Assembly (NCBI GenBank): GCA_012960845.1
Contig: DUAN01000228.1
Location: 1-57,951, forward strand
DNA from: Planctomycetota bacterium
GTDB taxonomy: Bacteria; Planctomycetota; UBA8108; UBA1146
Direction: 5' to 3'
DNA length: 57,951 bases
The translations under genes were made by a program, and so were the position numbers. Under the pieces are notes generated by a model that saw nothing but the letters and a program-made list of their open reading frames with translations, was not told where the DNA came from and made no database searches. Shown in pieces: positions 57,818 through 57,951 of this stretch (the stretch's first letter is position 1; each line of letters opens with the position of its first letter).

Positions 57818-57951
57818 GAATCCCGTTCACCGTCAGGTGACTCTCCTGCACCCCTGGTGCGGGTCTAACAAATTGCCCTTCAACTTGGCTTGTAATCCCT
57901 ACCCCAACAAGGCCCAATAGACCCAGGCCCAATAGAATGAGAGCCCCATGA

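Overview
A gene-dense, GC-rich bacterial chromosomal segment, most likely from Planctomycetota (DUF1549/DUF1553 cytochrome c plus DUF1501 gene pair, TPR-HEAT-vWA protein, many exported proteins). The first 34 kb is mostly housekeeping: dapF, purM, thiE, gmhAB, an aminotransferase, pgi, M14 peptidase, MATE, an outer-membrane barrel, pcnB, lexA, a thiolase, PilZ protein and eda. From 34.5 to 52.5 kb almost every gene is on the minus strand. This block starts with a complete NHLM-type double-glycine peptide export module (cNMP-domain protein, HlyD, C39-peptidase ABC, second ABC). The module is headed by an unusual 69-aa precursor with a 20-aa GG leader and a Lys/Gly-rich, Cys-free core, and no classical RiPP maturase lies next to it. 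Further downstream are two odd fusion enzymes (cNMP domain + heme-oxygenase-like diiron oxidase; N-acyltransferase + PLP enzyme) and Nfu/Rieske genes. Other points of interest are a stand-alone Cys-rich mini-lipoprotein, a disordered tail-anchored protein and a palindromic operator candidate upstream of lexA, a candidate structured RNA next to DnaA-box-like motifs, and about 18 short tandem duplications concentrated at gene ends. No rRNA, tRNA, CRISPR array or mobile element was seen. All family calls come from motif recognition by eye, not database searches, and several start codons are best guesses.
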